Shown here: positions 1 through 14,488 of the stretch, piece by piece
Position numbering within the stretch: the first letter of the stretch is position 1
Layout of the letters: each line of letters begins with the position of its first letter
Source of the DNA: the human T2T-CHM13v2.0 reference genome, Homo sapiens
Reading direction: 5' to 3' (one strand)
Assembly (NCBI RefSeq): GCF_009914755.1
Contig: NC_060929.1
DNA: 64,000 nt
The notes under the pieces: model-generated
What the model was told of the DNA's origin: nothing
Databases searched by the model: none
Seen by the model: the letters and a program-made list of their open reading frames with translations, nothing else
Made by a program: the position numbers and the translations under genes

Positions 1-2521
1 TTTATGAAGTCAACATCATCCTAATACCAAAGTCTGGCAGAGCCACAACAACAACAACAAAAATTTCAGGCCAATATCCTTGACGAATGTTGATGCAAAA
101 ATCTTTAATAAAATACTGGCAAACCGAATCCAGCAGCACATCACAAAGCTTATCCATCATGATCAAGTCGGCTTCATCCCTGGGATGCAAGGCGGTTTCG
201 ACATACACAAAGCAATAAATGTAATCCATTCACTTAAACAGAACCAATGACAAAAACCACATGATTATCTCCATAGATGCAGAAAAGGCCTTCGATAAAA
301 TTCAACACCCCTTCATGCTAAAAACACTCAATAAACTAGGTATTGATGGAATGTATCTCAAAATAGTAAGAGCTATTTATGACAAACCCACAGCCAATAT
401 TATACTGAATGGGCAAAAGCTGGAAGCATTCCCTTTGAAAACTGCCACAAGACAAGGATGCCCTTTCTCACCACTTCTATTCAACATAGTATTGGAAGTT
501 CTGCCCAGGACAATCAGGCAAGAGAAAGAAATAAAGGGTATTCAAATAGGAAGGGAGAAAATTATATTATCTCTGTTTGCAGATAACATGATTGTATATG
601 TAGAAAACCCTATCATCATCCCCAAAACTCCTTAAGCTGATAAGCAACTTCAGCAAAGTCTCAGGATAAAAATCAATGTGCAAACATCACAAGCATTCTT
701 ATACAACAATAATAGACAAACAGAGAGCCAAATCATGAGTGAAATCCCATTCATAATAGCTACAAAGGGAATAAAATACCTAGGAATACAGCTTACAAGG
801 ACTGTGAAGGGCCTCTTCAAGGTGAGCTACAAACCACTGCACAAGGAAATAAGAGAGGACACAAACAAATGGAAAAACATTCCATGCTCATGGATAGGAA
901 CCATCAATATCGTGAAAATGTCCATATTGCCTAAAGTAATTTATAGACTCAGTCTATCCCCACCAAGCTACCATTGACTTTCTTCAAAGTATTAGAAAAT
1001 AGTAATTTAAATTTTATATGGAGCCAAAAAAGAGCCCATATAGCCAAGATAATCCTAAGCAAAAGAATGAAGCTGGAGGTATCATACTATCTGACTTCAA
1101 ACTATACTACAAGGCTACAGTAATCAAAACAGCATGGTACTGGTAGCAAAACAGATTTATAGACCAATGGAACAGAACAGAAGCCTCAGAAATAACACCA
1201 CACATCTAAAACCATCTGATCTTTGACAAACCTGACAAAAGCAAAGGGGAAAGGATTCTGTATTTAATAAATGGTGTGGGGAAAACTGGCTAGCCATATG
1301 CAGAAAACTTAAACTGGATGCCTTACTTACACCTTATTCAAAAATTAACTCAACTTGGTTTAAAGACTTAAACGTAAGACCTAAAACCGTAAAAACCCTA
1401 GAAGAAAACCTAGGCAATACCTTTGAGGACACAGGCATGGGCAAAGATTTCATGACTAAAACATCAAAAGCAATGGCAACAAAAGCCAAAATTGACAAAT
1501 GGGATCTAATTAAACTAAAGAGCTTCTGCACAGCAAAAGTAACTATGATCAGGGTGAAGAGACAACCTACAGAATGGGAGAAAATTTTTGCAATCTATCC
1601 ATCTGACTAAGGGCTAATATCCAGATTCTACAAGGAACTCAAACAAATTTACTAGAAAAAAACAACCCCAACAAAAGTGGGCAAAGGATATGAACAAAGG
1701 AAATGAACTTCTCAAAAGAAGACATTTATGTGGCCGATAAACATATGAAAAAAAAGCTCATCATCACTGGTCGTCAGAGAAATGCAAATCAAAACCACAA
1801 TGATATACTATCTCATGCCAGTTAGAATGGCGACCATTAAAAAGTCAGGAAACAACAGATGCTGGAGAGGATGTGGAGAAATAGGAATGCTTTTGCACTG
1901 TTGGTGGGAGTGTCAATTAGTTCAACCATTGTGGAAGACAGTGTGGTGACTCCTCAAGAATCTAGAACCAGAAATACCATTTGACCCAGAAATCCCATTA
2001 CTGGCTATATACCGAAAGGATTATAAATCATTCTACTATAAAGACACATGCACACGTATTTTTATTGTAGCACTATCCACAGTAGCAAAGACTTTGAACC
2101 AACCCAAATGCCCATCAATGATAGACTGGATAAAGAAAATGTGGCACATATATACACCACGGAATACTATGCAGACATAAAAAAGAATGAGTTCATGTCC
2201 TTTGCAGGGACATGGATGAAGGTGGAAACCATCATTCTCAGCAAGCTAATACAGGTGCAGAAAACCAAACACAGCATGTTCTCACCCATACGTGGGAGTC
2301 GAACAATGAGAACATATGGGCACAGAGAGGGGAACATCATACACTGAGGCCAGCTGGAGAGTGGGGGACAAGGGGAGGGATAGCATTAGGAGAAATACCT
2401 AATGTAGATGATGGGTTGATGGGTGCAGCAAACCAACATGGCACATGTAACAAACATGCACGTTCTGTACATGTATCCCAGAACTTAGGGTGTAATTAAA
2501 AAATAAATAAATAAAATAAAA
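1..2521 (+). mobile_element. LINE-1 3' portion (L1PA7-like): disrupted ORF2 RT/C-terminus, 3' UTR and A-rich tail
   Basis: ORF2 peptides [32 protein letters not shown] and LFADNM (FADD motif degenerate) in the ORF track, with frameshifts and stops. The 3' UTR 'gtagatgatgggttgatgggtgcagcaaacc' resembles L1PA7. A-rich tail at about 2498-2521. The element runs off the window start. Confidence 0.93.
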
Positions 2522-5359
2522 GCAGGGGGGTCATATGAGAACTGATCAGTTAAAAATGTTTTATTCAACTATAAATAAAGAACAGTGTGTACTTAGAATC
2601 AGGTATGAGACATTCCTACTTGTCTTATCTAATCTTTGACTCATGCTGAATAGCACATTTCTTGTGGATTTGTGTGTTGCTAGTTTTCTAACCTTTTCCA
2701 GTTACTTTGTCTTTCCAATTTATTTGCTGCTCTTTTTATTTCTCTTTCAGTTTAACTCTTGCTGTCATTTTCCTGTTTTTGTTCCTTCATCTTCTGCTCC
2801 TTTCCTTCCTATTCTCTGTTTTCCTTGGATTTATAGTTTAACATTTACAGTTTCATATGAATATGTACTTCTCAACATGGACAATTTAATGTACACTTCA
2901 GACACCACTGTAACCAGTCATGACATACAGAATCACAACACGACCCTAGAGATTGTGGTTTTTTGTCTCACTTCTCATATCAACATATGCACCTAGCAAA
3001 GCAGGTTACGTAACTAATAGTTAAAGCAGAATTGTAGATCTTTCCTCCGGTCCAAAATCCAGAAAAATCCTGGGGAACATAAAGCCTGGAGGTGAACACA
3101 AATGTAAAAATCATCAAACTGAAGTGGGGAAGGGAAGGTAGATAATCAGCAAGGAAGGAAAAGAGACTTTATTCCTCAGAAAATCTGAGTACTGGTGAAT
3201 TAATAGCCAGTGCAGACAAAAACTCAATGTGGGGCATCTAATGTCTGGATCATTTCTATTCAATAGGCAAATTCTTCAAGGTTTCCAAATACATTACAGC
3301 CTACTCCAAATGCTGGACAAACCACTTATCACCATTGATCAAAGCTGACTTTGAGGGTGTCCTTCAGGTGCCTCTGAGAGCGATTTGAGACAAGAGCCAC
3401 TTCCTGTTCCCTTGTGTTTCTTATGGCTGCTAGTGAACATCAATAATATGAATTCCATTTTAATTTTTCTGTAAGGGATATTATTTATAGGGCAATTTCC
3501 AGTGCAGTGTCTTGTCTCTATGAAATGATTGCCAACTCAGGCAGCCGTTAAAGTTTACTGCTTAGGCTTTCCTTCAAGGTACAATATGGATATTACTTTC
3601 AAAAGTAATTTGGAATACAGAGTGAGAAGAGGATGTTAACTCTTTGCAAATATCCTATCTCAGACAAGGAAATTCTTGCCTTTTGAATTGCTGTGGTTCT
3701 GTGCTTCTCTAAGGTAACATAAGATGCAGTATTAAGACTTACTTTTTTACTGCCCTTATTTATAAATTAATGATATCTCACTTTCAAGTGAGTATTACCT
3801 CACAGAATTTCAGTTATTAATTGAAGGAAATGATCATTTTATTTCAGCTTTCATGCCAGTACCGTCACCCTCACCCACACACTGTAATAAACTACACAAG
3901 CTGTCACATTTTTATGTGCTCTTTCTTCTTGGGCAGAGGCTTATATCCACTCAGCAGCCTGTCTCCAAACTCCTACACAGAATTAAATAATGAGATTCCT
4001 TAGCTGTAACCTAGTTAGCAAAAGGTTCTACTCAGAATGGAAACCAATCTTTCACAGTTCATACCTGTTCATCTAATAGCTGCGGGGAATATCTGACCAT
4101 ATAAAAATATTTTGTAAACCACAAGCACAATTTTCCACTGCTGGTTACATTGCGGCCTACCCATTTCTCTTTGTTCTTATTGTAAGCATGTGACTGACAG
4201 AAATAAAATTGTTTGTTAGAGTGGATGAAGAAGTCTAGCTTGGCCCATTTCTAGATGCAGAAAGGACTTCTCTCATCACTCTGAAAAGGGAGAGCGCTTC
4301 ACTGGGAGACCAATTTCACTATGGGCTCGTAATGATAGTTTTCCAATCATTGTTATATTAAACCGAATCCCTGCTCCTGCTGACTTTGCATTCTGTAGTG
4401 CTGCTTATGACCTTTCAAGGTGCAAAGACTGTATGCAATCTTCATTTCATATCATAGTCCTTAAAAATATGCCTGAGCTATAACAAAATCTCTTAATTGT
4501 CTCTGGACCAGGTGTCTCATTTGCTCAACCATTTCTCCTGTGGCATTCAGACTACTCTCAATGTGTTTGCTCTCCTTTAGATATTTTATTTAGTTAAATA
4601 TTTATTCTGAAACACATTGCCCTTATTCTGGGGTCAAGTCATAGCTACTTCAGATTATGCTAATATCAATGGCTTACATAAAAGTTTTTAAAGCAAAGAC
4701 TCTATTTACCCTTTAAAATATTTTTTACTCAACAATATAGGTTTAAGTTGAACCTGTGATATTCTGAAACTGCGTTTCTTTTTTTATTCACCTCTGTTAA
4801 ATTTAATCTCGTCAAAGTCAAGAAAATCTTCTTTCTCTTTGATGCCAATTTGACTATTTTGTATTATTTATTATATTTAAATTAATTCTAGTTAGCTGTC
4901 ATCTACATGTTTGGTAGTATTTTTTTAAGTCTATTTTCAAGGAATTGAAAGTAATTTAGAAAATATTAACGCAAGATCTTCACAAGTCAGCCAGAATCAC
5001 TTAAGATGCTAAGAGAGTGAGTACAGGCTGAAACTTCAAATAACTCCTTAGTTATTCAGTTCTCAGTTCTTCATCTTATCTACAAGTATAATGTATTTAA
5101 TTCAAATTATTGGTGAATCATTTGGAAATTCTATATATCAATGTTAATATATAGAAAAAAATTTCCAAATTGTGAATATTTATATTATTTTCAGAATTCT
5201 ATATACCATTTTTACTTTCCCAAGACATAAACAATATAGAACAGGAAAAATTGGTATAACTTCATATGGAACTGTGAGAAATTAGCTTCTCTGACTGTAC
5301 TAACAGTAATTTTTATCAGTATTTTGGGGGCATGAGGGGAATAGACATGGTGTCTAGAC

Positions 5360-6150
5360 TTACTGAGTTAGTCAAATATTTTTATTGACTATCTACTCTG
5401 TATCAGATACCATATAGTAAAGGTGGCTACATCAATAAGCATGAGAGAGAGTTGCTTCTTCATTGGTACTTTGAAGAGCATAAAGTAAGATAGAACTGAC
5501 CATTGATACTCTTTTTAGCAAGAGTAAGTGAAGAAGGCATGCCTCTGCAATGAATGTGTAGTCTTGCATTGATTGATATTATAAGAAGGAAGAAGCCAAG
5601 CAAAGGACTCTGAGGAATGCATTTTCCAGAAAAAAAAAGAAGGTCCTCTGATAAATTTTTCTCTTCCAAAAAATGAATAAGAATTACAAAGGATCACATA
5701 AACCAATAGTGTAGAAGAGCACAGAGTTGGAATTAAATCAGAGCAGAGAACAAAACAGGGAATAGATCATGTAAGAATTTGCAGACATGGTAAGAAGTTA
5801 GGTTTTCTGCTTGCAATGGAGGACTTTAAACATGACAATAACTTGATGTTATTTGAGTCATGAAAGATTATTTTGGCTGCTGTGGAGTAGACAGACTGTA
5901 GGGTAGCAAGAATGGAGGCATTGAGACCTAACAGGAGATTGTATCTGGAGTCCAAATGTCAGTGGCTTGAAGATGGTTTCTAGTGGTACAAGTAATGAGG
6001 TTTAGATCTCCTTTTGAGATATACTCAATAAGCCTTTCTGATAAATTGAATATGAAATGTAATGGTAGGATGCATCACAAAGTCCTAAGATATTTAAGAT
6101 ATTTGGCTTCGGTAAGTGGATAGATTGTGATTCTACTTACTGATAAGCAT
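5360..6150 (-). mobile_element. L2 LINE 3' fragment
   Basis: Degenerate L2-like motifs 'aatatttttattgactatctactctgtatcagatac', 'tggctgctgtggagtagacagactgtagggtagcaagaatggaggc' and 'tttggcttcggtaagtggatagattg'. Confidence 0.6.
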
Positions 6151-6751
6151 ACTTTTGTGAGAGGGATAGTTTATTCATAATAACAAGATGTGCATGATAT
6201 CATTATTATTCTGGCTATTGGGCATTAAAAACATTTTAATGTTTGGGTCTTAGGCAATGCAATATATACCTCCTATTATAAAATATAAAACTGACTATCA
6301 ATATACTTTCTTAGTTTTCTTTAACCAATAGCATGAGTACTGAACTTATGTTGTTGCAATTAGGGCCACATACTAAGTTTTTTAATTCAAAAGTATTGGC
6401 AGCAATGGCAGATTATCCTTTCTAGCAACAGTGGCAGCTGTATTGAATTTAAGCATTTTTAGGCAAGAGGAAATGTTAGTAGTAGCTTCCAGGGTCAAGA
6501 GTTAATTCATCAGTAGGACATTTACAGTAAAACCGGCTGCAATATCTAGAGCTCTAACAAGGTGGCTGTGGTTTCTTTACTAAGACAATTTTGTGGAAAG
6601 ATTTTTGTCGTAGACCCAAGCTATGTATCTTTCCAGAATAATTCTCTAGCTATCCCATTAGTTTTGTAAGCCAATCAGTATTCTTTTTTTTTAAATCCTT
6701 CTAATCAGGAGAGGTAACTTCTGTGATTACAACCAAGAACAACTTATATAA
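6150..6751 (+). mobile_element. Probable 5' LTR of an ancient ERVL provirus
   Basis: Ends in an LTR-like terminus 'ttctgtgattacaaccaagaacaacttatata', followed by 'aatgggtatcagtggg', which resembles the ERVL primer-binding region. The start coordinate is a guess. Confidence 0.4.
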
Positions 6752-7059
6752 AATGGGTATCAGTGGGAAAATGACTCAAGACAAGTGAGAGGAATTTACA
6801 ATTTGTTATCTGCTCACACTTGTACCGAGGGGAGTGATAATCAGCTACTATATAAAGGGATATTCGTGTGTAGTATACTAGAACACTAACTTCTTCAGCA
6901 GACCCTTAATGAATCTACATACCGAATTGGTCCAGCTATTAATACAATTGCAGAATCAAGAATTTTTAAGGTTGTTCTTAGCTCTGTAACTGTGACAGAT
7001 AAGGACTTTTTAGTGAAGTCATAGGAAGTATCTGATTGTATAGTTTGTGCCTTGGTGCA

Positions 7060-7210
7060 AATAGAAAGATAGATAGATAGACGACAGATAACAGAGAGAT
7101 AAATAGATAGATGATAGATAATAGATAAACAGATATAGATATATAGATGATATATATCAGATGTAGATGATATATCTATGTAAATAATATATGTCTGTAC
7201 ATATATATCA
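7060..7210. repeat. Degenerate (GATA)n/(TA)n microsatellite
   Basis: 'agatagatagatag...gatatatagatgatatatatc' read directly. Confidence 0.85.
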
Positions 7211-7867
7211 GAATCATTACTGATCCAGGTTCTCATCCTTTAATTACTTATCTCACTACATTTTGTGAGTAGCCACTTACTTCCAACATTATGCTTCACA
7301 GGATATTTCATTTTTGATGTTTACATTTGAAAGTTGAGTAACTACACACTGAAGAAAAAGTGGGACTTGAGAAATGAAATAAGAATCTATAAGTAGGGAA
7401 GCTTTAATACTTAATACAAAATGAGTCTTCCTTAACAGTAAGTGTAAGTTATCCTCCTATGTCTCATGATGATTTTCTTACGTTGTTTTAAAAAAAATCT
7501 GAAATGACTTTGCATGAGGAAATATTTTCAGTGAGAAATTAATGCTTCTAATGCATTTATCTCCAAATATACTAACGTGAACATTAAGTCTCAAGTAAAA
7601 ATTGGTCATTGGAAAATTAAACAAGGAGTCTTTACAACAAAAGATTGATTTATGTGCCTATCTATCATATATGTCTATTATCTATCTATCATCTCTCTTC
7701 CACTTTGTTTCTGTAGTTTTTAATGGAGCCACCAAGATTGAGAGTCACAGTCCATAGGCCAATTCCCTGACTTGAGTTCTTTAAAAGTTTAGACTCTGTG
7801 AATGAAAGAAAGTTAATTATTTGAGGAAGGGCCCTGCAATAATACAACAAACAATATAATTCCTACT

Positions 7868-8281
7868 TGTATTTGTCTGCTGGGCTATCATAAAATGTAC
7901 CATAGACTGAGTGATTTAAACAACAAAGATATATTTTCTCACAGTTCTGGAATCTAGAAGCCTGAGATCAAGGTGTTCCCAGAGTTTTGGTTTCTTCTGA
8001 GGCTTCTCTCCTTCACTTGTAGATAGGCATCTTCTCTCTTTATTTTCATATAGTCTTCTCTCTGCATACGTGTGTCCTAATCTCCTTTTCTTAAAAACAA
8101 ACAAACAAACAAACAAACAAAAAAACACCAGTCATATTGGACTAAGGCCCATACTTACAATCCCATTTTAACTTAATTACCTCTTTGAAGATTCTGTCTC
8201 CAAATCCAGTAATGTTCTGCGGTATTAGAGGTTAGAACGTCCACGTATGAATTTTGAGAGAACACAATTCAGACCATAACA
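7868..8281 (-). mobile_element. MaLR solo LTR (MLT1B/C-like)
   Basis: Starts 'tgtatttgtctgctgggc', contains 'ttttctcacagttctggaatctagaagcctgagatcaaggtg', and ends 'acaattcagaccataaca'. Internal (AAAC)n. Confidence 0.8.
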
Positions 8282-8734
8282 CCACCCTGAGGTGCTTATA
8301 GCCATTTAATAGGCTCACTATGTATTGAGGGAATAAAACAAATAGAATTAACTAGAGATTATCGGACACTGGCTCTGAGGATGCAGAATTCCATTGCATT
8401 TCACATTTCTAAATGAGGCACTATGAGGGGTATGACAATATATTCAGCTCTGATGTGAATTCTCTTTATGTAGCCCCCTACGAGACAAAGATTTGCACCG
8501 TGCTTACCTCAAGATACATTTGCAATCATCCTAAAAGCTTTTATAATATCCATATTAGCTCTTTGGCCTATGCTGTACTAGTATTTGAGACAGGAAGAAT
8601 GAATTAGAAGCCACCAGAGCTGCATCTTATAAAATGATAAAAATGATGCAATAATGAATCTATGGTGAATACTATATCTTAACATTAAGAACTTAAAATA
8701 TGTTTAATGGAATTTCTATCACACCCTCTTCCTC

Positions 8735-10132
8735 TTTTTATGATAGGTTTTATTTTTAGACCACTTTAGGCAAATTTTTGAAACAAAATTAAGCAGATGG
8801 TATAGATATTTTTCATATTCTCCCTTTCCCCACACATGCATAGCCTCCATCATTATCAACATCTCCCACAAGAGTGGTATATTTCTTACTATTGATGAAC
8901 CAATGTTGACACATCATTATCACCCAAAGTCCACTGTATTCATTAGAATTCATTGCTGGTGTCGTACATTCTGTGGGTTGGGACAAATATATAATGACAT
9001 GTATCCGCCATTGTAGTATCTAATAAAATAGTTTCACTGCCTTAAAATTTCTCCATGCTCTACCTTTATATCTCTTCCCACCTCCAACCACTGCCAACCA
9101 AACAGTCTTTTACTCATAGTTTTGCCTTTTGTCTAACGCCTTATATTCTAAGTCATATAGCATGTAGCCTATTCAGACTGGCTTCTTTCACTTAATAACA
9201 CTGAAGTTTTTCCATTCTTTATTATGGCTTAAGAGAATTTTTTTTAGTGCTGAATAATATTCTATTGTTTGACTGTGCCACTGTGTATCTATTCACATAC
9301 TAAAGGACATCTTGGTTATTTCCAAGTTTTGGCATTTATAAATAAAATTGTTATAAATGCCTTTGCAGGTTTTGTGTAGACATATGTTTTCAACCCCTTT
9401 AGGTAAATACCAAAAGGAAAATTGGCAGAATCATATGGTAGGAGTGTGTTTAGTTTTGTAAGAAACTGCCAAACTGACTTCTAAAATGGTGAACCATGTA
9501 GAATTTCCAAAAGCAATGAATTACAGTTCCTGTTGCTCCACATTCTCACCAGAATTTGGTGGTGTCAGTGTTCTAAAATTTGGTCAATAAGTGTGTAGTG
9601 GTAATTCATTGTTTTAGTTCATCGTCTCTGATGACATATGATGTGTAGCACCTTCTTATATGTTAATTTTCCACCTCTGTATCTTCTTTGGTGAGGTTTC
9701 ATTAGGGTATTTGGCCCATTTCTTAATGAGAGTTTTGTTTTTTGTTTTGTTTTGTTTGTTTGTTTTTCCCTATCGTTGAGTTCTCAGAGTTCTTTGCGTA
9801 TTTTGGTAACAATCCTTGATTGGAGAAGTCTTTTGCAAATATGTTTTCTCATTCTTTGGCTTCTTTATTCTCTTGACAGTGTCTTTTATAGAGTAGAAAC
9901 TTTAAATTTTCATGAAGTATAGTTTATCAATTCTTTCTTTCATAGATTGTACCTTAGGTGTGGTATCTAAAGTCATTGCCAAACTCAAGGACATTTTTTA
10001 GATTTTCTGGATTTTATTTCATGGATTTTCTATGTTATCTTCTAAGATTTTTTAGTTTTGTATTTTACATTTAGGTCTGTGATGAATTTTGAGTTAATTT
10101 TCATGAAAGATGTAAGGTCTTGGTAAAGATTC

Positions 10133-10165
<33 letters not shown>

Positions 10166-10197
10166 ATTTTGTATGTCGATATATAACTATTGCAGCA
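8735..10197 (-). mobile_element. Old LINE-1 3' end (L1MC1/2-like)
   Basis: 'cccacacatgcatagcctccatcattatcaacatctcccacaagagtggtatatttc...acacatcattatcacccaaagtcc' matches the recalled L1MC 3' UTR, followed by antisense ORF2 3' sequence. (TG)n at about 10134-10161. Confidence 0.8.
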
Positions 10198-10275
10198 CAC
10201 CCCCTTTTAATATACTTGTTTGGCCAGTGCAAAAGGCAGTTGGAGTTTGGTTAAGGGTAATGTAATATTCTGAGT

Positions 10276-10497
10276 CAAATGTTGGCAAACTATGGCCAGT
10301 GGTTCAAATCCAGTCTTTTGATTTTCATTTATAAATAAGGCCTATTGAAATATAGCAATTATTATTAGTTTATATATTGTTTCTGACTGCTTTCACACTA
10401 CAGTAGTTGAGATGTGTAGTTGTGATAAATTTTTGTATGACCTGCAAAGTCTAAATTACTATCTGATATCATGTAGAAAAAGTTAGCCAGACTCTAA
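10276..10497. mobile_element. MER58A-like hAT-Charlie non-autonomous DNA transposon
   Basis: 'ttggcaaactatggcc...aaatccag' start, 'ctgctttcacactacagtagttgagatgtgtagttgtga' core and 'agaaaaagttagccagactct' end. About 220 bp. Confidence 0.8.
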
Positions 10498-11509
10498 GAT
10501 AAATAAAGTGAGGACTCTAATTCCAAAGATATTTATTAACAGCAACACTCATTATGTTGATTTATGGCTTTTCATGATGATCAGGACTTGTGGGGAATGT
10601 CTGGAGAAATTAAGATGAAAATATTAGAGAAATGTGATGAAGATGATCTCCTTAAAGTGGGTGAAAATTATATGAATATGCTCATCCTATGATACATTAA
10701 AAGCTCAGTGACAATTCCTACTTGATTATTGGAATAGAACCCAATAATTAAGCAGATGATATCAACTGCATTGTAAATATCAGACAGGCTCATTCTAGCT
10801 ATCTAGCACTTGTTCTGTTGTTGTTCCTTTTTCAAGAAATAGCAGTAAGATCTTCTTTATTGAAGTTGACATAGATACTATAAGGGCCATGTAACCTCCC
10901 AAAAGTACTTTTCTCTGTTGATAGTCTGAAAAAGTGCTATACTCTGGAGGGACCCAGTCAACTATGCATTAGTAGATTACATTAAACTTATTAAGTAAAT
11001 TACATTAAACTTCTCTCATGGTTTTGGCAATACACACTAATTTATGATTTGTATTTGATTTCACCATAGTTATTGCTTTTCTCAGTTCTCTCTTCACTTG
11101 ATTTATTGAATTATTTAATCACTGCTATTTTATAAAACACAATGTTTTATCTGACCAAAAATTTGACTTTATATCAAATGCAGGAGGCAATGGGTTAATT
11201 TTTATAGTTATGTATATTCCATAACTCAGAAGTTACTAGGTTGATACACAATTGAACCTAGTTATGACAAGAGATAAGAACTTCTGAGTCTGCAATTTCA
11301 TCCATATTAATGTCTTTTTTATTGACAGAATATATGTTTTGAGAACCTAAGCAAGAAAGAGGAATGGTGTCTACTCAACATTGCACCAAATTAATTTATT
11401 GTAAAAAATTTTTTTGAGAATCACATAGCTTTCCCTAGGGGGAAAGCTACCATGTGCTGACTTATCAAGGGTTATATTGAACTAGAAGCTGAAGCTGAAT
11501 TACTGGCTA

Positions 11510-11583
11510 GTTTTTTGTTTCTTTTTTTTTTTCCTTTGTCTTTTTTTCTCTCTCTCTCTCTTTTTTTTTTTTTTTTTTTTTTT
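11510..11583. repeat. Polypyrimidine (T)n/(TC)n tract
   Basis: Direct read. Confidence 0.9.
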
Positions 11584-12299
11584 GGCAAATAAGCAAGAGC
11601 AAGGAAAAAAGGAAGATGATCTTTGCAGAAATAACCCATTCTCACTTTCAATAAAAAATGTGTTTTTTACTGCAGAAGAAAGATAATAGTATAAAGACAT
11701 AGCCTCTGTATACCTTAGTACTGCCTGTCTAGTAATAAAAGTTAATGAAAAAGGGAAGTGCGTCTTTATAGGAAAATTGAAACAGAAGGTTTAGACCCCT
11801 CAAAAGCAAAGTTTCAATCATATTACTTGGTAAAGAATAATGATTAGTTAATGATAAAACTAAAGTTTAAGGATACTATGAAATAAAAAGTGGAGGAAGG
11901 CAATCATAGACTGTAACTTCCTTGCCAAGTGATGACATTAGGATTAATAGGTCTTTTTTTTTCTTTGTTGAGTTAAAAAATATTGTTTATATTAAAGAAT
12001 ATTTTTCCCATTTATCATCTATCAATTTTATACATATTATATTAGAGATAATTACATAATAATGTAATACATACATTACAGAATATTAAGATGGGCTCTG
12101 AACACCCTGGAGAAACAATAGTTATCTTTAGTATAGCCTACACTTTGAGTTTAGTTCAATAAATGAGTCATATCTTTGCATATTCTTCCTTCTGGAAAGC
12201 TAGAGAAAATATAACCAATATTATGAATCATATATGAATTATTCGAGATAAGAACCATTTTTATATGTAAATATTAGAAGATATGTTTCCTTTTTTTTT

Positions 12300-13216
<917 letters not shown>

Positions 13217-13219
13217 ATA

Positions 13220-13600
13220 CAAATGTAGACAGAAATTAGATTTTTAGCATTAGTCATGATTATAACAATAACCTAGGTAGTCTCTGTGAATATGAGAGAC
13301 ATTTGGAATGGGTGAAGAAAAGAATGAAAATTATGGAAATAGAAAGGATAACTATAGATAAATATTTCAGTTACTATGAAAGGGAGCATAAACATGAAGC
13401 AAAACTGGAATGGAATCAATAGAGGATGATGTTTTGTCATCTTTGTCTAGGAAAATAATGGAAACAAAGTTGGGCAAAGTACTGATGGAATAAAAAGGAC
13501 TACTTGCAGTTGTGAAGTGTTTTAAATGGTTAAAAGAAGATGCAGAGCAAAAATGAACATAGTAACTGCAGAAAGAAGTACAGGCAATTTTTACTGTAAT
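13220..13600 (-). mobile_element. L2 fragment, probably continuing the 5360-6150 L2
   Basis: 'ttagatttttagcattagtcatg' and 'tggaatgggtgaagaaaagaatg...ataactatagataaatatttc' resemble L2 body sequence. Confidence 0.45.
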
Positions 13601-14128
13601 GTAAGAAAGACAGAAGATATAGTAATACGATTAAAGAAGTTAGTGAGAATTATGGGAAAATGAAATAGTTTTCTTCTGATTTCATGCATTTTCTCTGTGA
13701 AGTATTTAACATGGTTGTTTGCTAAAATGGAAGAACTTGAATATTAATGGTCAGATTAGTGATATGAGAAAAGTCGGAATATATCTTAAATAATAGAAAA
13801 TTAGTTTAAGGAAGCTAACTGGAATTCATTTTTATGTTTATTCTTTTAAGTCACATTTTGATTTTTCTTCAAATAAATGAATCCACCATTTTATATAGTT
13901 GTATTCAATTATCTTGAGAAAATTCCTTGGAATGGAATTATTTTTTCCTTCTGACTTAAAAAGTGAGTAAATTTGTATCAAATTATTCTTGCTATATTAT
14001 CTCACACTTAATGAAATATTTATTGAACTAATGTGGAACCACTGTACAAAGCAACATGAGAGATATAAAGAAACAGATTAGGTATATTGGAGAGATACAC
14101 AACATTTAGAAACATGAGGTTACCTATG

Positions 14129-14488
14129 TATATTAGTCCGTTCTCATACTGCTGATAAAGACAACCCAAGACTGGGTAATTTATAAAGAAAAAGAGGTTT
14201 AACGGACTCACAGTTCCACATGGCTGGGGTGGCCTCACAATCGTGGTGGAAGGTGAAGGTGGAGAAAAGGCAAATCTTAAATGCTGGCAAAGAAGAGAGA
14301 ACGTGTACAGGGGAACTGCCCTTTATAAAACTGTCAAATCACGAGACTCATTTACTGTCAGAACAGAGTGGGAAAAATACGCCCCATGATTCAATTACTT
14401 CCCACCAGTTCCCTCCCAGGACACGTGGGGATTACGGGAGCTACAATTCAAGATGAGATTTGGGTGGGGACACAGCCAAACCATACCA
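14129..14488 (-). mobile_element. THE1 (B/C-like) MaLR solo LTR
   Basis: 'tattagtccgttctcatactgctgataaagac...gggtaatttataaagaaaaagaggtt...gatgagatttgggtggggacacagccaaaccatacca'. Near-TSD ctatg/ctata. Confidence 0.92.

Larger units (their letters stand above)
6752..12100 (+). mobile_element. Ancient ERVL-class internal region (gag-pro-pol remnants) interrupted by younger insertions
   Basis: Protease-like LSDTGSE at 8359-8379. RT N-terminal FNILVWPVQKAVGVW at 10206-10250. ERVL-like 'caattccctgacttgag' and 'ttgaggaagggccctgc' near 7760-7840. Integrase-like decayed SDQ and HPEAAGLIERWN traces at about 11140-11260. Confidence 0.7.
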
